Shown: positions 1 through 10,655, counted from the stretch's first letter. The stretch is DNA of 64,000 nucleotides from an uncultured cyanobacterium (GCA_963740315.1 CAVUDP010000002.1:1056001-1120000); one strand, 5' to 3'. Made by a program: numbers and translations. Notes: generated from the letters alone by a model not told the origin.

Positions 1-126
1 TCCTGTTGGTGCGGCGATACTGCTATTGGTATCGAAAGCAACTGCTGCGTACAAGCTGAACAAGCTAACACGAATCAATCGCTTGCACCAAGAGACAAGT
101 TGTCTATTATTGAATCGCTTATCCAT
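1..126 (-). CDS. N-terminus (signal-peptide-like) of an exported protein; runs off the window's left edge
   Basis: ATG at 126-124, open to position 1: MDKRFNNRQLVSWCKRLIRVSLFSLYAAVAFDTNSSIAAPTG (basic N-region, hydrophobic core, SIAA-type cleavage site). Confidence 0.55.
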   Translation of the reverse strand, partial: MDKRFNNRQLVSWCKRLIRVSLFSLYAAVAFDTNSSIAAPTG

Positions 127-671
127 TATTTTTATCCTTCATAGGTTGAGCCACATTTTGCTTCTTAATTGATAATTGCTTAAAGCTAAAAGCTGATGAA
201 GTTATTATCAATTAGGAACTAACTTTTAGCAATAATTTGTTTCGGCATATAAGATTATCGCCATCGCATCTGAATAATACGGAAAATGTTCACCTGATGT
301 TCAAGATTTTACTGTTATTTGTAACATTCAAACTCGAAATCGGAAATGGTATTTGCTAGCTTATATTTATTTATAATTCTTGTATTAATTGTTACCTGGG
401 TAACATAATGCCAAAATGATATTTATTAATAAGCTTCAAAGACGCTTTCAAAATTTTAAGTATTACTTCAAGAAGATGTATTCTCGCGGCAATCATTCCG
501 AACCTTTGATGCGATCGAACGTTCTTGCATATAAAGAAGCAGGTTAATTTTTATTGGTTAATTTTTATCGCACCCAGTTAAAAACCGCTATATTAATTAC
601 ATTTTTGCAAAAAAAATGTAGATACTTCCGCAATTACTAAGTCTCTACAAGTTTATTAATTAAAAATAATT

Positions 672-1106
672 TCACAGCCATTGTCCGCCGAAAAAGCGCC
701 AGCGGACGAAAAGAACCCGCATTATGCTTTGAGAAGCAATGAAAACCGCTAGCCAAACGGTAGCGTAGTGTAGAAAAACCCAAAAGAAAGGTAATTCTTC
801 TTTTGGAATAGGTATTGGTAAAAACCCGAAAAATTTGACTCCACAAACTATAAATATAAATTCCCAAATACCGGCAAATAATTGGAGAACTGCGGACCAA
901 TCTCTATCCCAACGATACTTTTGTATTTGGTCGTATGCTACATCCCAACCCAAGCCAAAAATCGCAACATAAAAAAGTATCCAGAAATATACATAACTTG
1001 GCGGTGAACCAATCAAACCGATCGCAAATGGTAGGCTAACAAATAAACCTACTGTAAAAAGTAATAATAAACGAGTTTGCCAGCGACCGAATAAAGTTGG
1101 AGTCAT
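672..1106 (-). CDS. Conserved hypothetical multi-pass membrane protein (MTPTLFGRWQTRL... type)
   Basis: 144-aa ORF with about four hydrophobic helices and a RWDRDW motif; protein-like composition. Confidence 0.75.
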   Translation of the reverse strand: MTPTLFGRWQTRLLLLFTVGLFVSLPFAIGLIGSPPSYVYFWILFYVAIFGLGWDVAYDQIQKYRWDRDWSAVLQLFAGIWEFIFIVCGVKFFGFLPIPIPKEELPFFWVFLHYATVWLAVFIASQSIMRVLFVRWRFFGGQWL

Positions 1107-1147
1107 AGAATTTTGGATTTTAGATTTTAGATTTTAGATTAGGAGTT

Positions 1148-1176
1148 GTAGAGACGTAGCACTGCTACGTCTGTAC
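1148..1176. repeat. GTAG-type REP-like palindrome (GTAGAGACGTAGCA-C-TGCTACGTCTGTAC)
   Basis: 14-bp inverted repeat with one mismatch; related perfect palindrome at 36979-37004. Confidence 0.7.
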
Positions 1177-1338
1177 GGGAGTTAGCAACTGTTCCCTGTT
1201 CCCTATTTCCATTTTGATAACATAACAAGCACGGGTATAACCAAAAAATATTGAAAAACGCCATTCATATTGAACGATTCAATACGCTTGTGGCGTTTTA
1301 GAGAAGAAGTTATTTCTTAGAAAAGATTTGTAAAGTTT

Positions 1339-2058
1339 TTATGAACTTAGGCGGTAGCGATCGCTAGAATTAAAGCGAGCAATTGCTTCCCAGTTGATTA
1401 CGGTTTCTAATAAGGTTTGATAGCCTAGTGTATTGGGATGAAGTCCATCGCTACTCAAACGCTTAACTCTCCAAGTTTCAGGTTGCTGCATCCATTTGTC
1501 GAATACATCTAGATACGGTATTCCCTGTTTTCGACAAGCAATTTTAGTCGCTTCTTTGTAACGATATTGGTCGTCGTGGTTATAGTACAAGCAATTGAGA
1601 AATGGCATTTTCGCCTCATCCACTGGTACCATACCCACAAATAGCACGGGACAAAGTTGTTGTGCTTGTTGTACTAAAGAAGTAAGCTGCTGTTCAAAAT
1701 TTGCAAAATCGGTGTAATTCTTACCGTCAGGACGACCCACACGGGCTGAATCATTTACTCCTACCGATAATATAATTATGTCAGGAACGCGATTTCGTAA
1801 CTCTCCCCGATGACGAAATTCAACTTCTAGCCTTTTTGCTACTTGTCCGGTGCGATCGCCGCGTACACCTAAGTTATAAAGAACGTGACCTGGGCTTTCG
1901 GGTAACATCCAAGTTCGGCGCAATCTTTCCACCCAGCCACCTCCGTCCGGGTCGCCAAATCCGTAAACTAAACTATCCCCTAGTGCGACAATCTTTAAAG
2001 GTTGAGTGCTATTTGGTACTAAAGATAGCTGCATTGAAGGAGCTACAAATGTTTGCAT
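1339..2058 (-). CDS. GDSL/SGNH hydrolase family lipase/esterase
   Basis: GDSLVYG block I, NLGVRG block II, GVND block III, DGLHP block V. Confidence 0.93.
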   Translation of the reverse strand: MQTFVAPSMQLSLVPNSTQPLKIVALGDSLVYGFGDPDGGGWVERLRRTWMLPESPGHVLYNLGVRGDRTGQVAKRLEVEFRHRGELRNRVPDIIILSVGVNDSARVGRPDGKNYTDFANFEQQLTSLVQQAQQLCPVLFVGMVPVDEAKMPFLNCLYYNHDDQYRYKEATKIACRKQGIPYLDVFDKWMQQPETWRVKRLSSDGLHPNTLGYQTLLETVINWEAIARFNSSDRYRLSS

Positions 2059-2556
2059 TTGAAAAGACTATATTTTATATCTTTAAAAGATTCTATACAT
2101 TTCTACACCATTTAAGGATGTTTTATTTGTTTTTTTTTAAATAATTGCAATTTTTTAGAAGATTTGTTGCGATAAATACCCTTTTGTTGAAAGATTATAT
2201 ATACGAAACTAAATATTTTCTTCTTTGTCTGCGATCGATAAGATAAATTGCAGGTGAACATAACTTGAGTTAAAGTAAATGCATACAAGCTGAATTTTCA
2301 CTATAAAATTTTACTAAAATAGTTTAAAAAGCTTTCGGATAATACGTATAAAGCCAAGTATATCAAGATTAGCGTTAGAAAAAAGGCTCAATGGGTCAAT
2401 TGAGCCTTCAAAAACGTCGTAAGTGGGATGTCTAGTGATTCCGTTGATTATTATTTCCATAAACAGCACTAATATTCAAGTCAATCGAGCTACATTTTGC
2501 GATCGATGAACAATTGGTAGTAGCTGGTAACTGGTAACTGGTAACTGCTCACTAAT

Positions 2557-4524
2557 TTAAGGTGATTGATTTGACACCCACTTTAACCATTGTCTGAAGG
2601 AAGAAAAAAGATTTAATCGATGTACTCCGGGGGCGCGAGCGGTTGCTAATCCATCTACGGTTCGTAAAGCGGAATATTGCAAACCAAGAAAGCTATCTAC
2701 TGCTGCATAAGGTCCACCTAGAGTAATTGCACCCGCAGCATACATTTTACCTTTGCCGTTACGCATTTCTACTAGCTCAAAATCGTTCGCTACGACTAAT
2801 CTTGATAAGTGATTCAAGGGCAAACTATAACGTTCAACTAAGTCTTCTAGTAATGGAGTTGCCTGGACTTTAGCGTCTAAGCCAGTTGCATCTACAATAA
2901 AGTCTGCATTAATGGTAATTTGCCCATTAGAACTCTTTTCTTTAATGCGGGTAAGAGTTCCATATTGAGCATCTTGTTCTACACTTTGCACTTCACCGAA
3001 TTCAATTTTATACCAACCATCTCGCAAGCTTTCTTCGGTAATGCGCTGCCAATCTTGACGATCTGCGGTGGTTGTACCTCCCCAATCTGCTAACAAGCTT
3101 TTACGCTCGTCGGGACTGGCATTTTCTAACATTACCCGTAACTCGCCACCCCAACAAGCTTTGGGCCAGTTAAACGGCTGAAATTCAAAATGATGCTTCA
3201 CCATTCGCTGGGTTTTACCGAATTTATTACCCTGCGGTTTTGGCGATCGCATTAAATGCAAAACTGTAATATTGGGATTCTTCTTACGTGCTTCATAAAT
3301 CCGCTGAATGATGCGAGAAGCCACAATACCGCGTCCTCGAATCAATATCTTGCCACCTTGACGTTCTAACTGCTCGTAAACGTGAGTATGGTCTTCATAA
3401 GCATTAACTACAGATTTAAAATCGCGATATTTCTCGCGATAAGCCTGCAAATCTGGTAAAAACTGAATTGCTGGATAACCCGTTGCTAAATGTAGAAAAC
3501 GAGCCACGTAAAAAGCATAGTCTCCTCTGCCGCGAGAATAAGCCACGCAATATCTACCATCATCGGTTTTACGAATCGCTCGTATTCTTCCATAACGATA
3601 GATTTGCTCCCAACCGATACGCTGTACTTCCCTTTCTATAGAATCAAAAACATTATTGGCACGGGGAGTATAAGTTTCAGCATAATCCGGTTCCGCAAAC
3701 ACCTTCCATAGATACTTGAACGAATCACTTAACCTTCCCTTACCAAAATCTCGCCAAGCTTCTCGCAAAGCATAACTAGGGAAACCCCAGATATTATCGG
3801 GACATGAATCAGAATTAGAACGCAATCTTTCATGTAAAGGTATTTGCGAATTCAAGCACAACCGCTTATACCGAGCGAATGGTTGTTTATCTAAACCCAA
3901 AGCGATAATTTTTTCGCTATTAACACCATACATTCTCAGTAAATCTACCCAAATATAACTTCCCAAACCTGCTCCCAAAGCCAAATAATCGGTTTCATCT
4001 ACTGGCAAACCAGTAGCGTGAAGTGCTTGTACCGGAACTTTTTCCTCTCGAAAAATTGGTGGTGGGAAACTCGAAGCGCGAGGTGTTACTGCTGGTGGAG
4101 GTAAAGTCGCGTCGGGTAAATTAGTGGCGGGATTAAATTGAATCGTGGAATTAGTTGATGTGGGCGCAGATATTGGTGCGGGTGTATTTAAAGTGAAAGA
4201 AAGAGTAATTTCGTAAGGACCAATTTTTAAAGTATCGCCACTATTAATAACGCTACGTTTCTGAAGATTAGCATTAACATAAATACCATTAACGCTATTT
4301 TGGTCAATTACCATTAATTGGTTTTGTTCCCAATCGATCAACGCATGATATCGAGAAACTTCACTACTATCAAGCAGCATTCGCGCAACCCGTTGTCCGC
4401 CAAGTTCAGCAGGCATTTGAGAAAATTCTCTACCAAAAGCAATAGGTACCGTTAAACTTGGTTCTCGTAATTCTCCCGTTGCTGGATCTTCCCAGCTTAA
4501 ATGAATTTCTAAATTATTTGTCAT
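2557..4524 (-). CDS. FHA-domain protein fused to a flavin/NAD(P)-dependent oxidoreductase (class B flavoprotein monooxygenase-like)
   Basis: FHA motifs FGR...VSRYHA...DQNSVNG; Pro/Thr linker; GAGLGS FAD motif, LATGY, second Rossmann-like IRGRGIVA, DATG. Confidence 0.8.
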   Translation of the reverse strand: MTNNLEIHLSWEDPATGELREPSLTVPIAFGREFSQMPAELGGQRVARMLLDSSEVSRYHALIDWEQNQLMVIDQNSVNGIYVNANLQKRSVINSGDTLKIGPYEITLSFTLNTPAPISAPTSTNSTIQFNPATNLPDATLPPPAVTPRASSFPPPIFREEKVPVQALHATGLPVDETDYLALGAGLGSYIWVDLLRMYGVNSEKIIALGLDKQPFARYKRLCLNSQIPLHERLRSNSDSCPDNIWGFPSYALREAWRDFGKGRLSDSFKYLWKVFAEPDYAETYTPRANNVFDSIEREVQRIGWEQIYRYGRIRAIRKTDDGRYCVAYSRGRGDYAFYVARFLHLATGYPAIQFLPDLQAYREKYRDFKSVVNAYEDHTHVYEQLERQGGKILIRGRGIVASRIIQRIYEARKKNPNITVLHLMRSPKPQGNKFGKTQRMVKHHFEFQPFNWPKACWGGELRVMLENASPDERKSLLADWGGTTTADRQDWQRITEESLRDGWYKIEFGEVQSVEQDAQYGTLTRIKEKSSNGQITINADFIVDATGLDAKVQATPLLEDLVERYSLPLNHLSRLVVANDFELVEMRNGKGKMYAAGAITLGGPYAAVDSFLGLQYSALRTVDGLATARAPGVHRLNLFSSFRQWLKWVSNQSP

Positions 4525-4622
4525 ATATTTATTTTGATTAGTAGTTAGTAATTAGTAGTTAATCAATAATTGTTCATTGTTCATTGATAACTGCTTACTT
4601 TTCATTTGTCATTGTTAACTGC

Positions 4623-5207
4623 TCACCGATCGCCATCCGGTGCAACTAAAACACTTATCGCCGCAGCCAAAGAAGTACCGCACCAAGGACAACCAACTTG
4701 TATATGCTCGATAGAACATAATTTATGACAATTCGGGCATTGCAAACTATAAGCACTTTTTGGTAAAGGTACAGTTGATGAAGCCGATTTTAATGGTGGA
4801 GCAGGAGTTGCTGGTTGATTATTTCGATCTGGTTTTGGCGGTTCCAAAATAGTTGCCGGGAAACTATTAACTTGCGGAATACTAATATTAATAACTTTCA
4901 ATTCCATTTGCCCCAAACAGAGAATGCTGCCTTCATTCAAAAGCGCATCTCCTCGGACTAATTGATTTCCATCCACTAAAGGAGGATTTTTTTCTCTTAA
5001 ACTGCGAATATAAAACCGTTTTTCTTGAGAATTAAAAAATATTTCAACGTGTAAACCCGATACGGTAGGATGACTCAAGATAATATCGCATCGTAAAGGA
5101 TCGCGACCAATACGAACAGTACCAGGATTCTTACTAGGCTGCTGCTCGTAAATTATCTGAGTTTTTTCTTGACCTGCATCGTGCCACTGTAAAGTTAGTG
5201 AATTCAT
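4623..5207 (-). CDS. FHA-domain protein with C-terminal zinc ribbon
   Basis: IGRDP...HPTVSGLH FHA motifs; CPNC...CPWC. Confidence 0.85.
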   Translation of the reverse strand: MNSLTLQWHDAGQEKTQIIYEQQPSKNPGTVRIGRDPLRCDIILSHPTVSGLHVEIFFNSQEKRFYIRSLREKNPPLVDGNQLVRGDALLNEGSILCLGQMELKVINISIPQVNSFPATILEPPKPDRNNQPATPAPPLKSASSTVPLPKSAYSLQCPNCHKLCSIEHIQVGCPWCGTSLAAAISVLVAPDGDR

Positions 5208-5331
5208 TACATTAATAAGCTGCGAGCTTCTCCCTAACTAAGCAACTTCAATCATTGTCTGTGCGATTCCTAACATGAGCAAGTACAAGCAATCAAGTAT
5301 GATGGGAAAAACTTAAGATAAATCAGGTTAA

Positions 5332-5510
5332 AGGTTAGGAGTAGGCAGTAGGCAGTAGGGAGTAGGCAGTAGGAAGTAGCGAGTTAGGAGTTGGGAGTTA
5401 GGAGTACTTCGACAAGCTCAGTAACCTTATTGAGTTAGGAGTTAATTAGTTGTATAAATCTTCCCCCCATCTCCCCATCTCCCCCTCTCCCCATCTCCCC
5501 CTCTCCCCCT
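5332..5510. repeat. STRR-type tandem repeats (TAGGCAG/TTAGGAG heptamers; CCCCATCT-type C-rich units)
   Basis: Directly visible short tandem repeats downstream of nfi. Confidence 0.85.
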
Positions 5511-6176
5511 TCATCTCGCAGAAGCCAATTTATCAGCAATCCTGGTAGTTTCGGGTAAACGATATTTCGGGGTACAGCGCAATACATAATCGATCGCTGT
5601 TGGTAAACTAATCCGATGTCCGCTAGAAACGTATACTGGTTTTACATTAGAACGAGTACGTAAAACTGCTCCTATAGTTTCATTTTTATGTATTAAAGGC
5701 TGCCAGCTTCCTTTTTCTTGAGAAACTTCTTTATAATCACCTATCAACCAAGATTTCGCCACACCAATGGTAGGCATATCAAGGATTACACCCAAATGAC
5801 AAGCAATTCCCATTCTCCGAGGATGTGCCAGTCCTTGACCGTCGCACAATATGATATCTGGTATCGTATTTATCTTTTGTAGCGCATCTAATACGGCTGG
5901 AATTTCACGAAATGATAGAAAACCAGGAATGTATGGGAAAGAAGTCGGACGTTTAGCTATACTTTGTTCTTGTAGCTGTAAATCTGGAAAACTCAACACC
6001 GCTACCGCAGCACGGCTGGTTTTTCCATTATCTTCAAAACCCATATCCACACCAGCAACGTATTTAACTGGTTGTTTGAATTTATCTTCGGTAATAACTT
6101 CTTTTTGTAATTCTTCCTGGATGACTTTCGCTTCTGATGTGGTTAAATTCCAATCATGACGTTGTTTTATTTGCAT
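5511..6176 (-). CDS. nfi: Endonuclease V (deoxyinosine 3' endonuclease)
   Basis: VAGVD, FPYIPGFLSFRE, DGQGLAHPRRMGIACHLG, YVSSGHRISL, YRLPE motifs. Confidence 0.97.
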   Translation of the reverse strand: MQIKQRHDWNLTTSEAKVIQEELQKEVITEDKFKQPVKYVAGVDMGFEDNGKTSRAAVAVLSFPDLQLQEQSIAKRPTSFPYIPGFLSFREIPAVLDALQKINTIPDIILCDGQGLAHPRRMGIACHLGVILDMPTIGVAKSWLIGDYKEVSQEKGSWQPLIHKNETIGAVLRTRSNVKPVYVSSGHRISLPTAIDYVLRCTPKYRLPETTRIADKLASAR

Positions 6177-6321
6177 ATTTTTATTTATACTTTCAAAGCA
6201 ATTGTCTATAATTTATCCCGGCAACCATCAAATATGAATGTAGAGACTATTATTTTACGTCTCATTTTACGTCTATAGTAATTATGGTTTTTATCCAAAA
6301 TTGCTGGGAGTTGCCCATAAA

Positions 6322-6355
6322 AAGCCCCCCTTTTATAAGGGGGGTTGGGGGGATC
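6322..6355. repeat. Dispersed cyanobacterial palindromic repeat (CCCCCCTTTTATAAGGGGGGTTGGGGGGATC)
   Basis: C6/G6 hairpin followed by GGGGGGATC; resembles a repeat family common in cyanobacterial intergenic DNA. Confidence 0.6.
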
Positions 6356-6412
6356 GGCATATTGCAGGTTGCGATCGGTAATTACCAATTATCCATTACC
6401 AATCATCAAAAT

Positions 6413-7489
6413 TCACTTCACCCCAACAAAATTAGGCACTAAAGAATTTAACCAATTATCAATAGTGCGATCGCATAAATCATTTAAAGAAACTACTTGT
6501 TCGACTCGATTAAAATTCATCTGCATCGATTTACGATAAGTTGGATCGTAATGTGATTCCAACATATCTTTTACAAATGATTCCCAATCTTGATTATTTA
6601 TCATCTGATACCATTGACTGATTTTTTTCCATCCACAGCTAGATTTTAATTTTTCTAACTTTGTTTTGAGAATTTCAGGATTATTTATCAAATGTGGATA
6701 TTCTTGTAACAAAAATTGGACTCTAGCATCAAGCGGTAAATCAATTTCTACACAGCTAGATTGCTTCATTTCCTTCCATAAAGATTCAGGTAAATGAACT
6801 TGCCCTATTTTGGTACTTTCTGATTCTACCCATACAGTGCGATCGGGGTTGAAGCTTTGCAGTGCTTGCAACAATTTAGTGTCAAAATATTTTTGCGTAG
6901 GCTGAGGTTCCGGTTTTCCTTGCCATTCTTCACCCAACAATGAACCGCGATGATTTGCTAAAGCTTCCAAATCTAAGACTTGAAAACCTTGTTGACGCAT
7001 CTTTCCTAAAATATGCGTTTTTCCACTACCAGTTAAACCACATAATATTTTGTAATTTAATTGTTGCGGTAAAGAATCTAATTCTTGACGTACATAATTT
7101 CGATAAGTTTTATAACCGCCTTCAAGTAAAGTTACTCGCCAACCAATTTGAGATAGTACTGTAGCTAAACTAGCAGAACGTTGACCGCCGCGCCAACAGT
7201 AAATTAAAGGCTGATAATCTTTCTCTTTGTTAGCGAAGTGTTCGTTTAAGTGTTTAGAAATATTTTTTGATACTATTGCTGCCCCTATTTTCCGAGCTTG
7301 AAAGGGCGAGAATTGCTTGTATATCGTTCCGACTTCAGCGCGTTCGGCATCATTTAAAACCGGCAAATTAATTGCACCGGGGATTCTATCTTCTGCAAAC
7401 TCGCTACTTGAACGAACATCGATTATTTCACTATAAGTTTCCTTATATGGTTCTTTAGTGTATTTTAGCGAAGCAGCCATTGCAATCAA
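6413..7489 (-). CDS. mnmH: tRNA 2-selenouridine synthase (rhodanese + P-loop)
   Basis: IDVRS..EF, YCWRGGQRS rhodanese loop, GLTGSGKT, DLEALANHRGS, VESES. Confidence 0.95.
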   Translation of the reverse strand: MIAMAASLKYTKEPYKETYSEIIDVRSSSEFAEDRIPGAINLPVLNDAERAEVGTIYKQFSPFQARKIGAAIVSKNISKHLNEHFANKEKDYQPLIYCWRGGQRSASLATVLSQIGWRVTLLEGGYKTYRNYVRQELDSLPQQLNYKILCGLTGSGKTHILGKMRQQGFQVLDLEALANHRGSLLGEEWQGKPEPQPTQKYFDTKLLQALQSFNPDRTVWVESESTKIGQVHLPESLWKEMKQSSCVEIDLPLDARVQFLLQEYPHLINNPEILKTKLEKLKSSCGWKKISQWYQMINNQDWESFVKDMLESHYDPTYRKSMQMNFNRVEQVVSLNDLCDRTIDNWLNSLVPNFVGVK

Positions 7490-7859
7490 ACTCTATTTTT
7501 TCAATTATGACATTCTCGAAAAGACGTGAGACTATGCGATCGAAGCAATTTTTATCAAAAGAGGACGTATTTGAAAACCACTTTACCTTACATCAAGCTA
7601 GTTGCTTGATAAATTTTTTTAAAATATCTCCTTATTGAGACTTGAGAAGCTGTATGCTTTTATGCAAAGATGAGCTTTTGAATTGATTGACAAGCAGCCG
7701 AAGATGCCCAAAAAATTACTGTTTTTGTTTTTTATAGAGGCAAGCTGGATACATTTGAAATAAGCTTTTGCTGTGCTTGCTTATACAGATAATGTTCTAT
7801 TTTTTTCCGTATTCAGGGCATCTGCCATTTACATAAATTAATAAAGGTGAGTATTCCTG

Positions 7860-8948
7860 ATGAAACGAATGCGATCGTTGCCCGTATGGATTCCCTATCC
7901 GAATGCTTGGTTAAGCGCTTTGATGTTGTCCGTGTTGATGGGTGCATTTTTAAGTATCCTCAGACAATATGCGGATTCACTTTCCAATTTACCCAAATGG
8001 TCAAACGCCCCCGAACAATTGACCGTCATTGTTATTTTATTATTAATCTTACCTATACCAGCGATCGCACTTTTTCATCATTTATTTCTCAGTCGTTTTA
8101 TGTCTCCGATTCCAGGAGAAAGAATAAACGCGACTTCCGGATTTTTCCCCGGATTAATTAGCTGGTGGGAAAGTTTGTATAGCTGGTTGGTAATTGTCTT
8201 ATCTACACTGATAGCAACCTTAATTTGTACGCCTTTTTTACCATTATTTCAGCTTAATTACACAAAAGTAATTGCGACATACGCAGAAAATCCCAGCAAT
8301 TTAAGATTAGCATTTGCTGCTATATGGATTTTATGCGCCGCTATATTTTATCAAGTTGCATATTTATTCAAAACCCGTCTTGTTTTGGGCGATAGTATAG
8401 ATGAAATAGATACCAAGCATAAATCAAAGCAAAGTGATATTGAAGAAGACGAAACCATTTCAACAACCGTAGTAACTCCAAACGATACAACTAAAAAAAC
8501 TTCGGATGACTCTACTGTTGTAGTTAATAAAAAATCATCAAAGACATTTTTAAATATTTTTGTTCTCAGCTTAGTTGGTGCATGGATGTATATGTTTTTC
8601 ACCTTACCAGACGTTCAACAAAGTATATCCGATGGTAATTTTGCAGAACAAATTCAAAAAAGAATTAGCTCCGAAACTAAACTAGTTAATAATCAAGTTA
8701 CTAAATTATCAAATCAAGGTAGCTCATTTGGCGAAGCATTGACACTTGCTAACAGTGCCGCACAAACAGAAGAATTTGCAACCACAAAAGAAGATTGGAA
8801 CAAAGTCGCAGGTAAATGGAAAGCAGCAATGATATTAATGCAAACCGTACCACCAGAAAACGCTAATTTTATAGTTGCCGAACAAAAAATCGGAGAATAT
8901 CAGGAAAAGTTAGATGCAGCAGAGAAACAAGCTGTTAAGGCTGAATAA
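7860..8948 (+). CDS. Hypothetical membrane protein with soluble C-terminal helical domain
   Basis: 362-aa ORF with several TM helices; N-terminal half paralogous to 9685-10245. Confidence 0.8.
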   Translation: MKRMRSLPVWIPYPNAWLSALMLSVLMGAFLSILRQYADSLSNLPKWSNAPEQLTVIVILLLILPIPAIALFHHLFLSRFMSPIPGERINATSGFFPGLISWWESLYSWLVIVLSTLIATLICTPFLPLFQLNYTKVIATYAENPSNLRLAFAAIWILCAAIFYQVAYLFKTRLVLGDSIDEIDTKHKSKQSDIEEDETISTTVVTPNDTTKKTSDDSTVVVNKKSSKTFLNIFVLSLVGAWMYMFFTLPDVQQSISDGNFAEQIQKRISSETKLVNNQVTKLSNQGSSFGEALTLANSAAQTEEFATTKEDWNKVAGKWKAAMILMQTVPPENANFIVAEQKIGEYQEKLDAAEKQAVKAE

Positions 8949-9058
8949 TTTGCGATCGTACTCCCTTCCCGGCTTTATGATTAGCGGCGTTGAGTGAGGG
9001 GGAAGAGGGGGAAGAGGGGGAAGAGGGGGAAGAAATTTTATAGGTAATCTGATAATCG

Positions 9059-9307
9059 AAACGGGAGTAGTTATTTTGTAGTGCGAACCGGAATGCTCGC
9101 TGGCGCTCTCGATCGAGACGAGAGTAGTTGTTTTGTAGTGTGAACCGGAATGCTTGCTGGCGCTTCCGAGCAAGACGGGAGTAGTTGTTTTTTGTAGTGT
9201 GAACCGGAATGCTTGCTGGCGCTTCCGAGCAAGACGGGAGTAGTTGTTTTGTAGTGTGAACCGGAATGCTTGCTGGCGCTCTCGATCGAGCAAGATGCTC
9301 GCACTAC
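9059..9307. repeat. Four tandem ~57-59 bp units derived from a GTAG REP-like element
   Basis: Unit AGACGGGAGTAGTTGTTTTGTAGTGTGAACCGGAATGCTTGCTGGCGCT(TCCGAGCA/CTCGATCG) x4, ending in GAGCAAGATGCTCGCACTAC. Confidence 0.9.
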
Positions 9308-9412
9308 CTGCGGATTTTTCAATAATTGGGATGTTCCTAATACAGCCCGTTTTAATTATCAATTTTACCTTTTTTGATAGATCGGGACTTACGATATTGT
9401 CACAAATGGTTG

Positions 9413-9479
9413 ATGGTGCGTGACGCTACAAACGTTATTGCTACGTTCAAACGAGATAAATGCGTCACACACCCTACAA
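9413..9479. repeat. REP-like element ATGGTGCGTGACGCTA...GTCACACACCCTACAA (copy 1)
   Basis: Same arms recur at 33097-33164 with a different spacer. Confidence 0.75.
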
Positions 9480-9684
9480 AATGTGCCTTTTTGCTAAGTC
9501 GTAAGATAACAAATTAATATAAATTTAGAATATTTACCCAAGTATATTTACTTAAATATCGGTAATTGCTGAAAAATTGTAAATAACGTTAGCTTTGTCT
9601 TTTGAATGGGAAAAATATAACTAGAAGAGTATTTTTTATAAATCCTCATCTACCAATCAAAGCAGCGGCTAATATACTTTTCTC

Positions 9685-10245
9685 ATGACAAAGCAAAAAT
9701 CAAAGAAATTTAATTGGTATGTATGGTTTCCATATCCTAGCTCTTGGTTAAAAGCCTTATTTATCACCATATTTTTAAACGTAATTATATTTATTGTCAG
9801 TATTACTGCAATTACAGGTTTCTTAACAGCAGAAATCACAAATAGCCCAAATACGATTGTTTTCTTCGGAATATTTGCCTTACTAATTCCCATTCCGATA
9901 ATAGCCTTAGCTCATCATCTTTTACATTTATTCCTTGGTAAATATATACCAGGAATTCAAACTCCGGAGATGAAAAATACTCAAGGTATGAAAGTTAAAA
10001 TATTTAGCTGGTGGGAAGGTTTATATGGTTGGCTTGTGATTGTCATTTCTATAATGATAGCATCTGCTTTGTGTACATTTCTTTTACCTTTATTTAATTT
10101 AAATTATTCAATAAAAGTTGCAAACTATACATCTTCCCAAAAACAGATAATAACAATATTCGGTATTATTTTTATTATCACAGCAGCTTTACTTTACCAA
10201 TTTGAGTATTGCTTTAAACGTGGTTTAGTTTTTGTTAATCATTGA
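9685..10245 (+). CDS. Hypothetical multi-pass membrane protein (paralog of the N-terminal domain of 7860-8948)
   Basis: Shared motifs W.PYP..WL, IP.IAL.HHL, SWWE.LY.WLVIV, CT..LPLF.LNY. Confidence 0.8.
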   Translation: MTKQKSKKFNWYVWFPYPSSWLKALFITIFLNVIIFIVSITAITGFLTAEITNSPNTIVFFGIFALLIPIPIIALAHHLLHLFLGKYIPGIQTPEMKNTQGMKVKIFSWWEGLYGWLVIVISIMIASALCTFLLPLFNLNYSIKVANYTSSQKQIITIFGIIFIITAALLYQFEYCFKRGLVFVNH

Positions 10246-10655
10246 GAATAAAAATACTAACAATATACGTAAGATAAATCTCAGATTTGAATCAACTACG
10301 TGGTGAAATGGGATTAAATAAAATGAAACCGAAACCAAAAGATAAGTAATAATTTTTTTCTGATATCTGGTTATAAAATTACCTATATCTCTCTACTTAT
10401 TTCCTCTGCGTTCTCCGCGTCTCTGCGGTTTTTTTTACTAACCTTCTAAAATAAAGAAGTAAATAATAAATTATTTATTTGCTCGTTCAATTCTGACAAA
10501 GAAACAGTAAAACCTTCAAAACACAATTGATAATTATAATTTGCGTCTTCTTCAGACAACTTAAGATTTGAAATAGAATCATCTATAGAAAAATAGCGAA
10601 ACCTTTTATAAGCTGTTTTTCTAGTAGTCCAAACATTAGTTTTTATGGGTAATAA

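Noticed and set aside
160..215. Fur/Zur box upstream of the first partial gene
   Set aside because: TGATAAT and ATTATCA half-sites are present but not in the 7-1-7 spacing
6206..6539. Short ORFs 6206-6388 and 6345-6539
   Set aside because: Span a palindromic repeat and the mnmH 3' end; no coding signal
9059..9307. CRISPR array
   Set aside because: Units repeat along their entire length with no unique spacers, and there are no cas genes in the window
8910..9362. ORFs 8910-9362 and 9071-9322
   Set aside because: Arise from the tandem repeat array and G-rich tract; no protein-like features
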